Shown: positions 6,605 through 15,396 of the stretch, piece after piece
Layout: each line of letters opens with the position of its first letter
How positions within the stretch are numbered: position 1 is the first letter of the stretch
NCBI GenBank assembly: GCA_039961715.1
Contig: JABRVW010000009.1
Coordinates: 1,211 to 65,210, forward strand
Source: Ignavibacterium sp.
GTDB lineage: Bacteria > Bacteroidota > Ignavibacteria > UBA10030
Direction: 5' to 3'
DNA: 64,000 nt
Position numbers and translations under genes: made by a program
The notes under the pieces: model-generated
Databases searched by the model: none
Seen by the model: only the letters and a program-made list of their open reading frames with translations
Told to the model about the DNA's origin: nothing

Positions 6605-9337
6605 CTAAAAAGCATAGCCGATCCGGAAATACGTGACAACGGGCCCGAAGCTCAGGGGACTTTCAAAGAGGTCTTTCCGGATGAAGAATGCCCGCCCTAC
6701 AAACACTTCTGCCGGTCCGATGGGCGTGTCCAAACCGACGCCGATTCCAATGCCGTGACGAAGATCTTTAAGGCGGATTTGCTCGGCCTTTTCCCAGATA
6801 TGGCCAAGATCGTAGCGGGCAAGGAGGTACGTGTCGAAGAGCAGTTCCAGAGGAACCTCGTAGCGGTACGCAAGACTGAGCAGGAACAACTGTCTGCCGC
6901 GCGCATTGTCTTCCCGGTAGCCGAAGAAGCTTTCACGGCCGCCCAGTGTGAATTGTTCGGTGAGCGGAAGGGTCTCGTCCCCGAAACCAAACATGATCTT
7001 GGGCTTGATCGTCTGTCCCGGAAACAGCGTGGCGTAAGACTCATAGTTGAAGAACATCTTCGTGAACCCGATTTCCCCTTTCTCTTTGACCAATCCCGAC
7101 TCGTACGTAAACTCCATGACGACGCCGTCCCTCGGATACGGGAACCGGTCCCGCGAGTCGATACGCGTGCCTAATTTCAGGGATGTGACCATCAAACGCC
7201 GTGCCGTATCCACGGGCGTTCCAAAGATGCTCCACAGCCTCTGACGCTCTGTCCGTCCCTCCACCGTGAATTGCCCAAGCCTCTCCAGCTGCGTGCCAAA
7301 GGAAACGGAAACGCCCCCCCGCACTTCGCGATACTCGCCCGTTCTCACCCTGTCCCAACGGGTCGTACTGCGGAACTCGTCCTTGAACACGTTGATATCA
7401 CGCAAATCGTAATAGCCCCGGATGTTGAAGGTGAGATAGGAATTGAAAATTCTGTTTGCTTTGAACTCCCCCAGATAGAGCCGGTTCCGCAGTCCGCCAA
7501 AAAAATGCAAACCGAGCTCGGACGCGATCCCGAGAAAATTCTCGTCACGAACGTCGATCGAAGGCTGGATATTGCGCTCGTTGTCCACGGTCATACCGAG
7601 ACGAATCAGACCCGTGTTGCGCTCCCTTGCATCAATGACTACAATCTGCTCGTCATTCACCCGTTTTGCCTTGATCGAAACCTGTTCGAACAAATTTGTT
7701 CCGTACAGGTTGTCCAGCCCCTCAGCGACCTTGTCAACTCTGAAGACCTCGCGTTCGTTCCAGGGAAGCTCGCGCCAAATGACATAATCCTTGGTCTTCC
7801 TGGTGCCGACAATGGTTCTGCGATCGACGATGCCCTCATCCAAAGTGATGATGGCAGTACCGGCTGAATCCAAGCGGGCCGAAAGGATTCGCGCAAGCGA
7901 GTACCCCCCTTGCCGGTAAAGATCGATAACGCCCTCCAGGGCCGAGCGGGCGGTATGGGCGTTGATTTCCCGGCCAAGGAGATCGTCAAAAACGGACCGG
8001 AGGGTCTCCGACGAAACGACCTGATTCCCCTGAAAGACCACATCGTTCAACACCGGGTATGGCTCGGCGACGATGACAAAGAGCGTTGAATCGGCAAATT
8101 CGTTTACCTGGATTTCGACGTTTTTGAAATCCCCCGATTCGTGCATTTCGTTGAGAAATGCCCGAACATCCGACAATGCAACGGATGGTCCCTGAAGCGC
8201 GGGAGGTATCTGGACCCATGAAGAAGAATTCTGTGCAACGCGTTCAACCAGCCTCGCAGGCTGATATGTTCTCTCCTCATCAGGACGAGCTCGGTCGAGA
8301 GCGCTCTTAATGGCCGCTACAACGGGACGAGCGGACTCCTTTCCCCTCTGAATGAGCGTATCCAACTCCGTGAAGTCGGTGGAAAGATGGGAACCGATGC
8401 CGGGGCGGATCACGTAATCAGCATTTTCCAACTGTTCCTGATTCGCGAATTGCATGGCGATGCCGATGATTTGATCGGCAATCTCCCAGGGGGCGTTCAA
8501 TTCAGACGCTGAGCGGAGTGGACTGGTGACGTCCACCGCGACAACCACATCGGCACCCCACGTTCTGGCAACGTCAGCGGGGATATTTGAAGTCAATCCC
8601 CCATCGAGCAGTTGGGATGTATCGCGACGGACCGGGCTGAACAGCAGGGGGACAGTGACGCTGGCCCGCAGGGCCTCGGTGAGATCTCCGGTTCCCAGAA
8701 CGACGCGTTTGCCGGAAACGAGGTCGGTGGCCACCGCTCGAAAGGGAATCTTCAGATCGTCGAATGTTTCGGCCGTATGATACACGCTTCGAAGAACCAG
8801 AACGTTGAGGTACTGCGTCAGGCGCTGGCCTGTGGAGAAAGCCTCGGGCAGGACAGGCTGAAAGCCGTCAAACCGAAGCACAAGAATGCTCTTGTCGTCG
8901 GCAAGCTTTTGATCGTAGAACAGGTCCCTTCGTCGCGCATCGCTTCCCAGACTCAGGAGCGCCTCCCAATCCGTCGAATCAACAAGCGCTCTCAACTGTT
9001 CGGTCGAGAATCCCGCCGCGTAGAGTCCGCCAATGATGCTGCCAATACTCGTCCCGGCAATGAAATCAATTGGAACTCCCGCTTCCTCGAATGCCTCCAG
9101 GACGCCAATGGATGCGATGCCACGCGCTCCGCCACCGCTCAAGGCAATGCCGATCTTCGGTCGCTTCAGTTCCCTGTGCGGGACAAGCAGGGGACCATGG
9201 GAGGAAGAATTCTCGAGGTCCGGTCTGATGACCCAGGAACGAACCGGGTTTCCATTCTGGAAGGCAAACGATTCGAAGGTTCCGGCCGCTGGCAGGCTGA
9301 GGAACGGCAGAACAAAAACAAGAATGCGGGAAGTCAT
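6605..9337 (-). CDS. Patatin-like phospholipase fused to POTRA and an Omp85 beta-barrel (PlpD-like, type Vd secretion architecture)
   Basis: Signal peptide, then patatin motifs: GGGARG oxyanion hole, the GTSIG (GxSxG) nucleophile elbow and a later DGG. A POTRA-like middle region follows. The C-terminal beta-barrel ends in aromatic ...FRIGYAF. Confidence 0.85.
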   Translation of the reverse strand: MTSRILVFVLPFLSLPAAGTFESFAFQNGNPVRSWVIRPDLENSSSHGPLLVPHRELKRPKIGIALSGGGARGIASIGVLEAFEEAGVPIDFIAGTSIGSIIGGLYAAGFSTEQLRALVDSTDWEALLSLGSDARRRDLFYDQKLADDKSILVLRFDGFQPVLPEAFSTGQRLTQYLNVLVLRSVYHTAETFDDLKIPFRAVATDLVSGKRVVLGTGDLTEALRASVTVPLLFSPVRRDTSQLLDGGLTSNIPADVARTWGADVVVAVDVTSPLRSASELNAPWEIADQIIGIAMQFANQEQLENADYVIRPGIGSHLSTDFTELDTLIQRGKESARPVVAAIKSALDRARPDEERTYQPARLVERVAQNSSSWVQIPPALQGPSVALSDVRAFLNEMHESGDFKNVEIQVNEFADSTLFVIVAEPYPVLNDVVFQGNQVVSSETLRSVFDDLLGREINAHTARSALEGVIDLYRQGGYSLARILSARLDSAGTAIITLDEGIVDRRTIVGTRKTKDYVIWRELPWNEREVFRVDKVAEGLDNLYGTNLFEQVSIKAKRVNDEQIVVIDARERNTGLIRLGMTVDNERNIQPSIDVRDENFLGIASELGLHFFGGLRNRLYLGEFKANRIFNSYLTFNIRGYYDLRDINVFKDEFRSTTRWDRVRTGEYREVRGGVSVSFGTQLERLGQFTVEGRTERQRLWSIFGTPVDTARRLMVTSLKLGTRIDSRDRFPYPRDGVVMEFTYESGLVKEKGEIGFTKMFFNYESYATLFPGQTIKPKIMFGFGDETLPLTEQFTLGGRESFFGYREDNARGRQLFLLSLAYRYEVPLELLFDTYLLARYDLGHIWEKAEQIRLKDLRHGIGIGVGLDTPIGPAEVFVGRAFFIRKDLFESPLSFGPVVTYFRIGYAF

Positions 9338-9345
9338 GGGCCGAC

Positions 9346-9374
9346 AAAGTACCGAAATATGGCTCGAATTTCAA
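9346..9374 (-). promoter_or_regulatory. Putative promoter of the patatin-Omp85 gene
   Basis: The minus strand reads TTGAAA, 17 nt, TACTTT. The -10 box ends 8 nt upstream of the ATG at 9337. Confidence 0.35.
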
Positions 9375-9385
9375 CGCGCCGTTGC

Positions 9386-9414
9386 TTGCTTTTCGGATCG
9401 GGGCCGCTTATGTT
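9386..9414 (+). promoter_or_regulatory. Putative promoter of the BatA_N/vWA gene
   Basis: TTGCTT, 17 nt, TATGTT. The -10 box ends 8 nt upstream of the ATG at 9423. Confidence 0.3.
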
Positions 9415-9422
9415 TCAATCCA

Positions 9423-11552
9423 ATGACATTTCTCAATCCACTCGTTCTGATTGCTCTCGCCGCGGCAGCCATTCCCCTGATCCTGCATCTCATCAACCTT
9501 CGGAGACTCAGGACAGTGGAAATGAGCTCCATCGCCTTTCTCAAGGAGCTCAGGAAGACCCGCATCCGGCGGCTGAGAATCAAACAGCTTCTCCTCCTGA
9601 TCCTTCGAACGCTCCTTGTCTTCCTGATCGTCCTGGCCTTTGCCCGCCCGACAGTGCGCGGAAAAGTATTTGAATCCGTGGGAGCGCGGGCGAAAGCGAC
9701 AATCGTCTTCCTCGTGGACGATTCTCCGAGCATGACCGCCTCCGACAACGCCGGGGTGTATTTGAAACAGACCTGCGATGCCGCGAATGAAATTCTTGAA
9801 ACTCTCGAATCGGACGATGAAGTCTTCATCCTTCCGCTCTCCGGAACGTCCGCTGACACCCCCCCCGACGCAGACAATCGCGCTCTGACGCCATTCTCGG
9901 CGCGGACTCTCCTCGAGAACCTCAAGCCCGCCCCGATTCACCGAACGCTGGAGGATGGCCTGCGGCGGGCCGCTATGATCATTTCGGCCTCAAGGAACTT
10001 CGTGAAGGAATTGTATGTCTTCTCGGATTTTCAGGAAGGCGCCGTTCGTCCCGCCAAGGCCTCGATGCCCGAATTGCTTTTTCCTCCGGACGTGAGCGCA
10101 TTCCTCGTGCCGATTGGTGCAAAGGACCAACACAACCTCGGAATCGTTTCCTTACGAACTCCCAACGCGATCTTCGAGACGGGCAAGCCATTTGCCGTGG
10201 AGATCGGAGTCCTCAATGCCTCGCGATCAGACGTGGAAAACCATCTCGTAAGCCTTTTTCTGAATGGCACGCGTATCGCGCAGCGCGGGCTTTCGATTCC
10301 TAGTGGAGAAACGGAGTCTCTGCAGTTCTCTGTCATCCCTGTCGCGCCCGGATTTCAACGGCTCATGGCCGAGATCGAGAGCGACGACCTTGAGTTTGAC
10401 AACCAGCGTTATGTGGCGCTGAACATCCCGGCGCAATCGCGGGTGCTGGTGCTCGGCAACCGTGCTTCCACGCGCCACATCACCCTCGCCCTCTCCGCCG
10501 GCCGGGAATCCGGTTCCAGTGTCGAGGTTGTCACGAGCCTTGCGGAAAACGTGACACCCGCCATGATCAACCAGGCTGACGCGGTCGTCGTCGCCAATCC
10601 ATCAGACCTTACGACTCGCCAGGCAGAGTGGCTCGGAGCCTTTGTGCGTGACGGCGGAGGCATGATCGTTTTTGCCGATGAGCGGATTGCAGACCATCCC
10701 TCGGTAAGCAAAGCCCTCGGAATTCCGCTCCTTCGAGGCATTGAAGTTGTCGGTGCAGGGCGCGACGAGTCTTTTCTTGAATTCGGGAGAACCGAACTGA
10801 TGCACCCGCTCTTTGAAGGAATGTTTGAAGAAGAAGCCGGACCGTCCGTCAGAAAGGCCGGCCGCGTTCTGGAATCGCCCCGCGTGCGCAGATATGCCGT
10901 GGGAGAGATCGAGGCCGGCTCCGCGGTCATCCTTTCGCTTTCCAACGGCGCACCTTTTCTTCTCGAAGAAACGTCGGCCTCGGGAAGGAGCCTTCTTTTC
11001 ACCGTTGCACCCGTGCCCGCATGGTCGGATCTTCCGCTGAAAGGCCTCTTTGTCCCCTTGCTGCACCGCGCTGTCGCATACTGTTCCCAGGAACGCGCCA
11101 AACAGCCTTCCGTCGTTGTCGGAGAACCTGTCCGGGTTCCCCTCGCGCGCTCCGGCGACGATCGAATAACGCTGGCCAGTCCGTCCGGAGCCGAAGCGGA
11201 TATTCGTCCGGACCGCGGGGGCGACGGCATCCTCGTGGAGGCATTGCTTGAAACCGGGTTCTACACGCTTCGTCACAAGACCAGTCCCATCGCCATGGTA
11301 GCGGTTAACCCACACCCCGACGAATCGCTCACCCGGCGAGCGGATGCCGACGCCATGGAGAATCTCCTGAAACACGTCGGCATCCCGGATGCATCAACCG
11401 TGCAAGCGGCCGGCAACCTCAGGGTGGCCGTCATGGAAGTTCGCCATGGGGTCGAGATATGGAAGCATCTCCTGATCGCTGCGATCCTCGTGTCGCTCCT
11501 GGAAATGCTGGTTGCACGCACAACACGAGCGGAGGTTGAAAGCGGTGATTGA
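9423..11552 (+). CDS. BatA-like N-terminal double-transmembrane domain / vWA domain protein
   Basis: MTFLNPLVLIALAAAAIPLILHLINLRR... matches the aerotolerance-regulator N-terminal domain. A MIDAS-like DDSPS motif is present, plus a C-terminal TM helix. The track ORF 9033.. is an upstream extension that overlaps the divergent gene, so I chose the ATG at 9423. Confidence 0.75.
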   Translation: MTFLNPLVLIALAAAAIPLILHLINLRRLRTVEMSSIAFLKELRKTRIRRLRIKQLLLLILRTLLVFLIVLAFARPTVRGKVFESVGARAKATIVFLVDDSPSMTASDNAGVYLKQTCDAANEILETLESDDEVFILPLSGTSADTPPDADNRALTPFSARTLLENLKPAPIHRTLEDGLRRAAMIISASRNFVKELYVFSDFQEGAVRPAKASMPELLFPPDVSAFLVPIGAKDQHNLGIVSLRTPNAIFETGKPFAVEIGVLNASRSDVENHLVSLFLNGTRIAQRGLSIPSGETESLQFSVIPVAPGFQRLMAEIESDDLEFDNQRYVALNIPAQSRVLVLGNRASTRHITLALSAGRESGSSVEVVTSLAENVTPAMINQADAVVVANPSDLTTRQAEWLGAFVRDGGGMIVFADERIADHPSVSKALGIPLLRGIEVVGAGRDESFLEFGRTELMHPLFEGMFEEEAGPSVRKAGRVLESPRVRRYAVGEIEAGSAVILSLSNGAPFLLEETSASGRSLLFTVAPVPAWSDLPLKGLFVPLLHRAVAYCSQERAKQPSVVVGEPVRVPLARSGDDRITLASPSGAEADIRPDRGGDGILVEALLETGFYTLRHKTSPIAMVAVNPHPDESLTRRADADAMENLLKHVGIPDASTVQAAGNLRVAVMEVRHGVEIWKHLLIAAILVSLLEMLVARTTRAEVESGD

Positions 11553-12834
11553 ACTGTCAAAAGCTGATCGTGAACCCTGCATTCTGGTGGGCGTATCCAC
11601 GCGTCAGGTCAGCAAGGCACAAACCGAGGAATTGCTTGACGAGCTGGCCTTGCTGGCGGACACGGCTGGAGCTGAGGTCAAGGCACGCATCATCCAGGAC
11701 CGCGACCGGATCGATCCGGCATTTTTCATCGGCAAGGGAAAGGTTGCGGAGATCCGCACGCTCGTGGAACAGCAGAAGATCCCGCTCGTGATCTTCGACG
11801 ATGACCTTTCAGGCGTACAGGTGAAGAATCTTGAACGAGAGCTTCAGTGCAAGGTGGTGGATCGCAGTGCCCTGATCCTCGATATTTTTGCCTCGCGGGC
11901 CAAGACCATGGAGGCGAAAACGCAGGTCGAGCTTGCTCAGCTCCAGTACCTCCTCCCGCGCCTTACCCGCCAATGGACACACCTTTCAAAGCAATATGGA
12001 GGCATCGGCACGAAGGGGCCGGGGGAGACCCAGATTGAGACCGACCGGAGGCTTGTAAAGACGAGAATCAGCCATTTGAAGGAAAAGCTGGAGAGAATCG
12101 GGCGCCAGCGCGTGACCCAGCGGAAAGGCAGAAGCAGACACACGCGCGCGGCCCTCGTGGGTTACACGAACGTGGGAAAATCCACCTTGCTCAACATGCT
12201 GTCAGGTTCCGATGTATTTGTCGAAAACCGCCTGTTTGCAACGCTCGATCCGACAACCCGGCTCGTCCAGCTCGGATCGGGCGTGGACATCCTCATGACA
12301 GACACGGTGGGATTCATCCGGAAGCTTCCGCACGATCTGGTTGCATCGTTCAAGAGCACGTTGGAAGAAATCACCGAGGCCGACCTGCTCCTGCACGTTG
12401 TCGATGTGACAAGCAGAGTGTTCGAAGAGCAGATTGTCATCGTACGCGAAACTCTGGAGGATCTCGGCTGTGCGCTCAAGCCGACTCTCATGGTCTTCAA
12501 TAAAATCGACGGGCTTGCCGACCGGAGCCTCCTGCACGATCTCGCCAAGGAATATCCCCGGTCGGTTTTCATCTCCGCCACGCGCGGGATCAACCTTCTC
12601 GGGCTGAAAGAGCAGGTCCGGACACTCCTCGAAGAAGAATTCGTGGAGAGGGTGTTCACTGTCTCGCAGGGAAACCAGAAGCTGATCTCGATTCTGCACT
12701 CGATCGCCGAAATCCAGGAGCGTACGTATGTTGACAATGCGGTCGTCTTGAGGGTCAGGCTCCCGAGGAGCAAAGCCGCGCATCTGACTCAGCTGGTGAA
12801 GGGACGAGAGGAGGGAAAGAATGGCGAGGAATGA
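11512..12834 (+). CDS. hflX: GTPase HflX
   Basis: HflX N-domain plus G-domain motifs (GYTNVGKST, DTVGF, NKID). The start is uncertain. An in-frame GTG at 11545 would overlap the upstream stop by 8 nt. Confidence 0.9.
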   Translation: MHAQHERRLKAVIELSKADREPCILVGVSTRQVSKAQTEELLDELALLADTAGAEVKARIIQDRDRIDPAFFIGKGKVAEIRTLVEQQKIPLVIFDDDLSGVQVKNLERELQCKVVDRSALILDIFASRAKTMEAKTQVELAQLQYLLPRLTRQWTHLSKQYGGIGTKGPGETQIETDRRLVKTRISHLKEKLERIGRQRVTQRKGRSRHTRAALVGYTNVGKSTLLNMLSGSDVFVENRLFATLDPTTRLVQLGSGVDILMTDTVGFIRKLPHDLVASFKSTLEEITEADLLLHVVDVTSRVFEEQIVIVRETLEDLGCALKPTLMVFNKIDGLADRSLLHDLAKEYPRSVFISATRGINLLGLKEQVRTLLEEEFVERVFTVSQGNQKLISILHSIAEIQERTYVDNAVVLRVRLPRSKAAHLTQLVKGREEGKNGEE

Positions 12835-13930
12835 TTTTGATGCTGTGGTGGTGGGCGCCAGAATTGCGGGCGCCACTGTTGCCACACTCCTCGGGGAACA
12901 CGGGTACAGGGTTCTTGTGCTTGACCGCGCCCGGTTCCCGAGTGACACGCTATCAACCCATTTTTTCCGCTCACCCGCGTTCAAGGTACTTGACCGCCTC
13001 GGGATTTTGAAATCGATCCTTGCTGTTGCCCCGCGCCTCGTGAACAACTACAACGATCTGGACGGTCACGTGTTTACAGAACCCGTTGCCGATCCGGAGG
13101 GACCGAGCTATTACCTGTGTGTTCGAAGAATTACGCTGGATGCCGCGCTTTTCGAACGAATGCAGAAACAGGGAACAATCGAAATTCGCCAGGGGTGCCT
13201 TGTCACCAATGTGATGGGAAACGGCGGCCGGGTCACGGGAGTGGAGTGGACCGAGAGAGGCAGGAAGCACCGTGCGACTGCGCGTGTGGTGGTCGGGGCC
13301 GACGGCGTGCGGTCGGCGATCGCCTCGTTGGTCAAGCCGGCTCTCGAGCATGAGGAGCCGGTACGCAGGGCCATGTACTACGGCTACTTTGAGAACCTTG
13401 CCTCCGTTCCGGGACCGGCCGCGGAGTTCCACTTCCGGGGCAACAGGCTGATCTATGTGTTCCCCACGGATGGCGACCTGACGCTCATCGCGAGCTCGAT
13501 CCCCATCGAGGATTTTGGGTCCTTCAAGAAGAATCTTCCGGAAAGTTTTGCTGCAGAAGTGCGATTCATGACGACACTCAAGGAAAGGTTTGAACAGGCG
13601 AGACAGTCCGGTCCGCTCATGGGGAGTGCGACAATTCCCGGCTACCGCAGGGTGCCCTATGGCGACGGATGGGCTCTCGCAGGCGATTCGGAGCAAGTGA
13701 TGGATCCCTGGTCCGGGCAAGGGATAGACCAGGCCTCGACGCACGCGGCGATGCTGGCGGACGCGCTTGTCACCTGGCTCTCAGGCGATGCGCCATGGAC
13801 CGACGCCATGCGGAAGTATCATCAGCGAAGAAATGAATTCAGCGTCAAGACGTATGAGCGTACCTGCACCGTTGCGCGGGACTTGCGGTTGCTCACGGGG
13901 CCGGCGTTGAAGAAACGCGGGCTTGTGTAA
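12821..13930 (+). CDS. FAD-dependent oxidoreductase (geranylgeranyl reductase / aromatic-ring hydroxylase-like family)
   Basis: N-terminal dinucleotide-binding fold DAVVVGARIAGATVATLLGEHGYRVLVLD. The length and the GD motif region are typical of this family. Confidence 0.8.
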   Translation: MARNDFDAVVVGARIAGATVATLLGEHGYRVLVLDRARFPSDTLSTHFFRSPAFKVLDRLGILKSILAVAPRLVNNYNDLDGHVFTEPVADPEGPSYYLCVRRITLDAALFERMQKQGTIEIRQGCLVTNVMGNGGRVTGVEWTERGRKHRATARVVVGADGVRSAIASLVKPALEHEEPVRRAMYYGYFENLASVPGPAAEFHFRGNRLIYVFPTDGDLTLIASSIPIEDFGSFKKNLPESFAAEVRFMTTLKERFEQARQSGPLMGSATIPGYRRVPYGDGWALAGDSEQVMDPWSGQGIDQASTHAAMLADALVTWLSGDAPWTDAMRKYHQRRNEFSVKTYERTCTVARDLRLLTGPALKKRGLV

Positions 13931-13935
13931 GCCCG

Positions 13936-14283
13936 TCAGAGAATCTCCCTGATCCTCCCGGCCGGACGCGCCAGAATCGCCCGCTTCCCTCGTTCCACGA
14001 TCGGGCGCTGGAGCAGATCAGGGTGCCGGACCATCAGATCGATCAGTTCCGATTCTGACAAGACCTTCCTGTCCAGCTTCAGCTTCTTATAAAGCGGCTC
14101 CCTGGTCCTCAACAACTCCCTCGCTGAGATCCCCATTTTTTTCAAGAGCTCCTTCAGCTTTGCCTTTGGAATCGGATCTACATAATAATTGACGGCCTCG
14201 AAATCGATCCCGGATTCCTTCAGCACGGCGTACACCGCACGACAGGTTGTACACGTCGGCTTTTGATACAGTGTGAGCTTCAT
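13936..14283 (-). CDS. ArsC/Spx/YffB-family thioredoxin-fold protein
   Basis: MKLTLYQKPTCTTCR... is the ArsC-family N-terminus, at the usual ~115 aa length. Confidence 0.8.
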   Translation of the reverse strand: MKLTLYQKPTCTTCRAVYAVLKESGIDFEAVNYYVDPIPKAKLKELLKKMGISARELLRTREPLYKKLKLDRKVLSESELIDLMVRHPDLLQRPIVERGKRAILARPAGRIREIL

Positions 14284-14319
14284 ACGACATCCGTCAATTC
14301 ATGGCTCGTTGGCCGATCC

Positions 14320-15396
14320 TCACTTCCTACGGGCTTTCGCAAACCCGGGCTTGATGACATTGTAGATAATGTCGATCCTCTTTTTATACGGCATGAATGC
14401 GCTCTTCATCGCATTGATCGTGAGCTTTTCCAGATCGTTCAGTGTCAGCCCGAAGGTTTCCGCCGCGGTCTTGTATTCATCACTGAGTGTGATCATGCTC
14501 ATGAGTCGGTCGTCGGTGTTCAGCATGACTCTGAACTTGTACCGGAAGAAAATCCCAAACGGATGTTCCTTGAGATTCCTCACCGCGCCCGTGTGTACGT
14601 TGCTGGTCAGACAGATCTCCAGCGGAATGCGCTTGTCGAGGACGTATTGTGCGAGGGTTCCCATGCTCTGAACCGTGCCGTTCTTCACCTTCATATCTTC
14701 GATCAGCCGGGTGGCGTGGCCGATGCGGTGGGCTCCACACCACTGGATCGCCTGCCAGATGGACTCCTTGCCGAAGGCCTCCCCTGCATGGATGGTGATA
14801 TTGAAGTTCTCGCGTTGAATGAAGTGAAACGCGTCCACATGTTTCTTGGGGGGATAGCCACCCTCTTCTCCGGCAAGGTCAAATCCCACGACGCCCTGCT
14901 GGCGAAAATCCACCGCCAGTTCCGCGATTTCCATGGAAATCGCGGGTTTCATGTTCCGCATCGCGCAGAGGATCAGCCCGTACTCCACGCCAAAGTCCTT
15001 CTTTCCCCTGTCCAGGCCTCTCAACACCGCTTTGACGACGGTTTCGAGATGAAGACCCTTCTGTTGATGAAACACCGGCGCGAACCGGGTCTCAACATAC
15101 ACGACCCCATCTTTCCTCATGTCCTCCATCATTTCGTACGCGACGCGTTCGAGAGCGTCTTCAGTCTGCATGACACCGCACGTGTGTTCGAATCCTTCGA
15201 GAAACAGCGGAAGACTGCCGCGCGTTGCCCCCCGATGGAACCACTCCGCCAGTTGGGCCGGGTTTGTGGTCGGCAGCTTGTCGTAGCCGGTTTCCTTCGC
15301 CAGCTCGATGACCGTTTTCGGCCGGACGCCCCCGTCCAGATGGTCATGCAAGAGGACCTTCGGCAGGGATTTGATCAAAGCATGGGAGAGCTTCAT
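14320..15396 (-). CDS. add: Adenosine deaminase
   Basis: LPKVLLHDHLDGG metal-binding N-terminal motif, TIHAGE, and the NTDD C-terminal motif. The start overlaps the hutH stop by 4 nt. Confidence 0.92.
   Translation of the reverse strand: MKLSHALIKSLPKVLLHDHLDGGVRPKTVIELAKETGYDKLPTTNPAQLAEWFHRGATRGSLPLFLEGFEHTCGVMQTEDALERVAYEMMEDMRKDGVVYVETRFAPVFHQQKGLHLETVVKAVLRGLDRGKKDFGVEYGLILCAMRNMKPAISMEIAELAVDFRQQGVVGFDLAGEEGGYPPKKHVDAFHFIQRENFNITIHAGEAFGKESIWQAIQWCGAHRIGHATRLIEDMKVKNGTVQSMGTLAQYVLDKRIPLEICLTSNVHTGAVRNLKEHPFGIFFRYKFRVMLNTDDRLMSMITLSDEYKTAAETFGLTLNDLEKLTINAMKSAFMPYKKRIDIIYNVIKPGFAKARRK

Noticed and set aside
9033-9422. N-terminal extension of the BatA-like ORF (and similar extensions at 29969-30844, 37743-38444, 38761-39828 and 57556-58080)
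   Set aside because: The extensions overlap neighbouring genes and add non-homologous low-complexity sequence. Internal starts give canonical N-termini: BatA_N, RsmE (MDFF...), ACP (MADIDAK...), FabD (...FPGQGSQ) and HPr (MIERE...).
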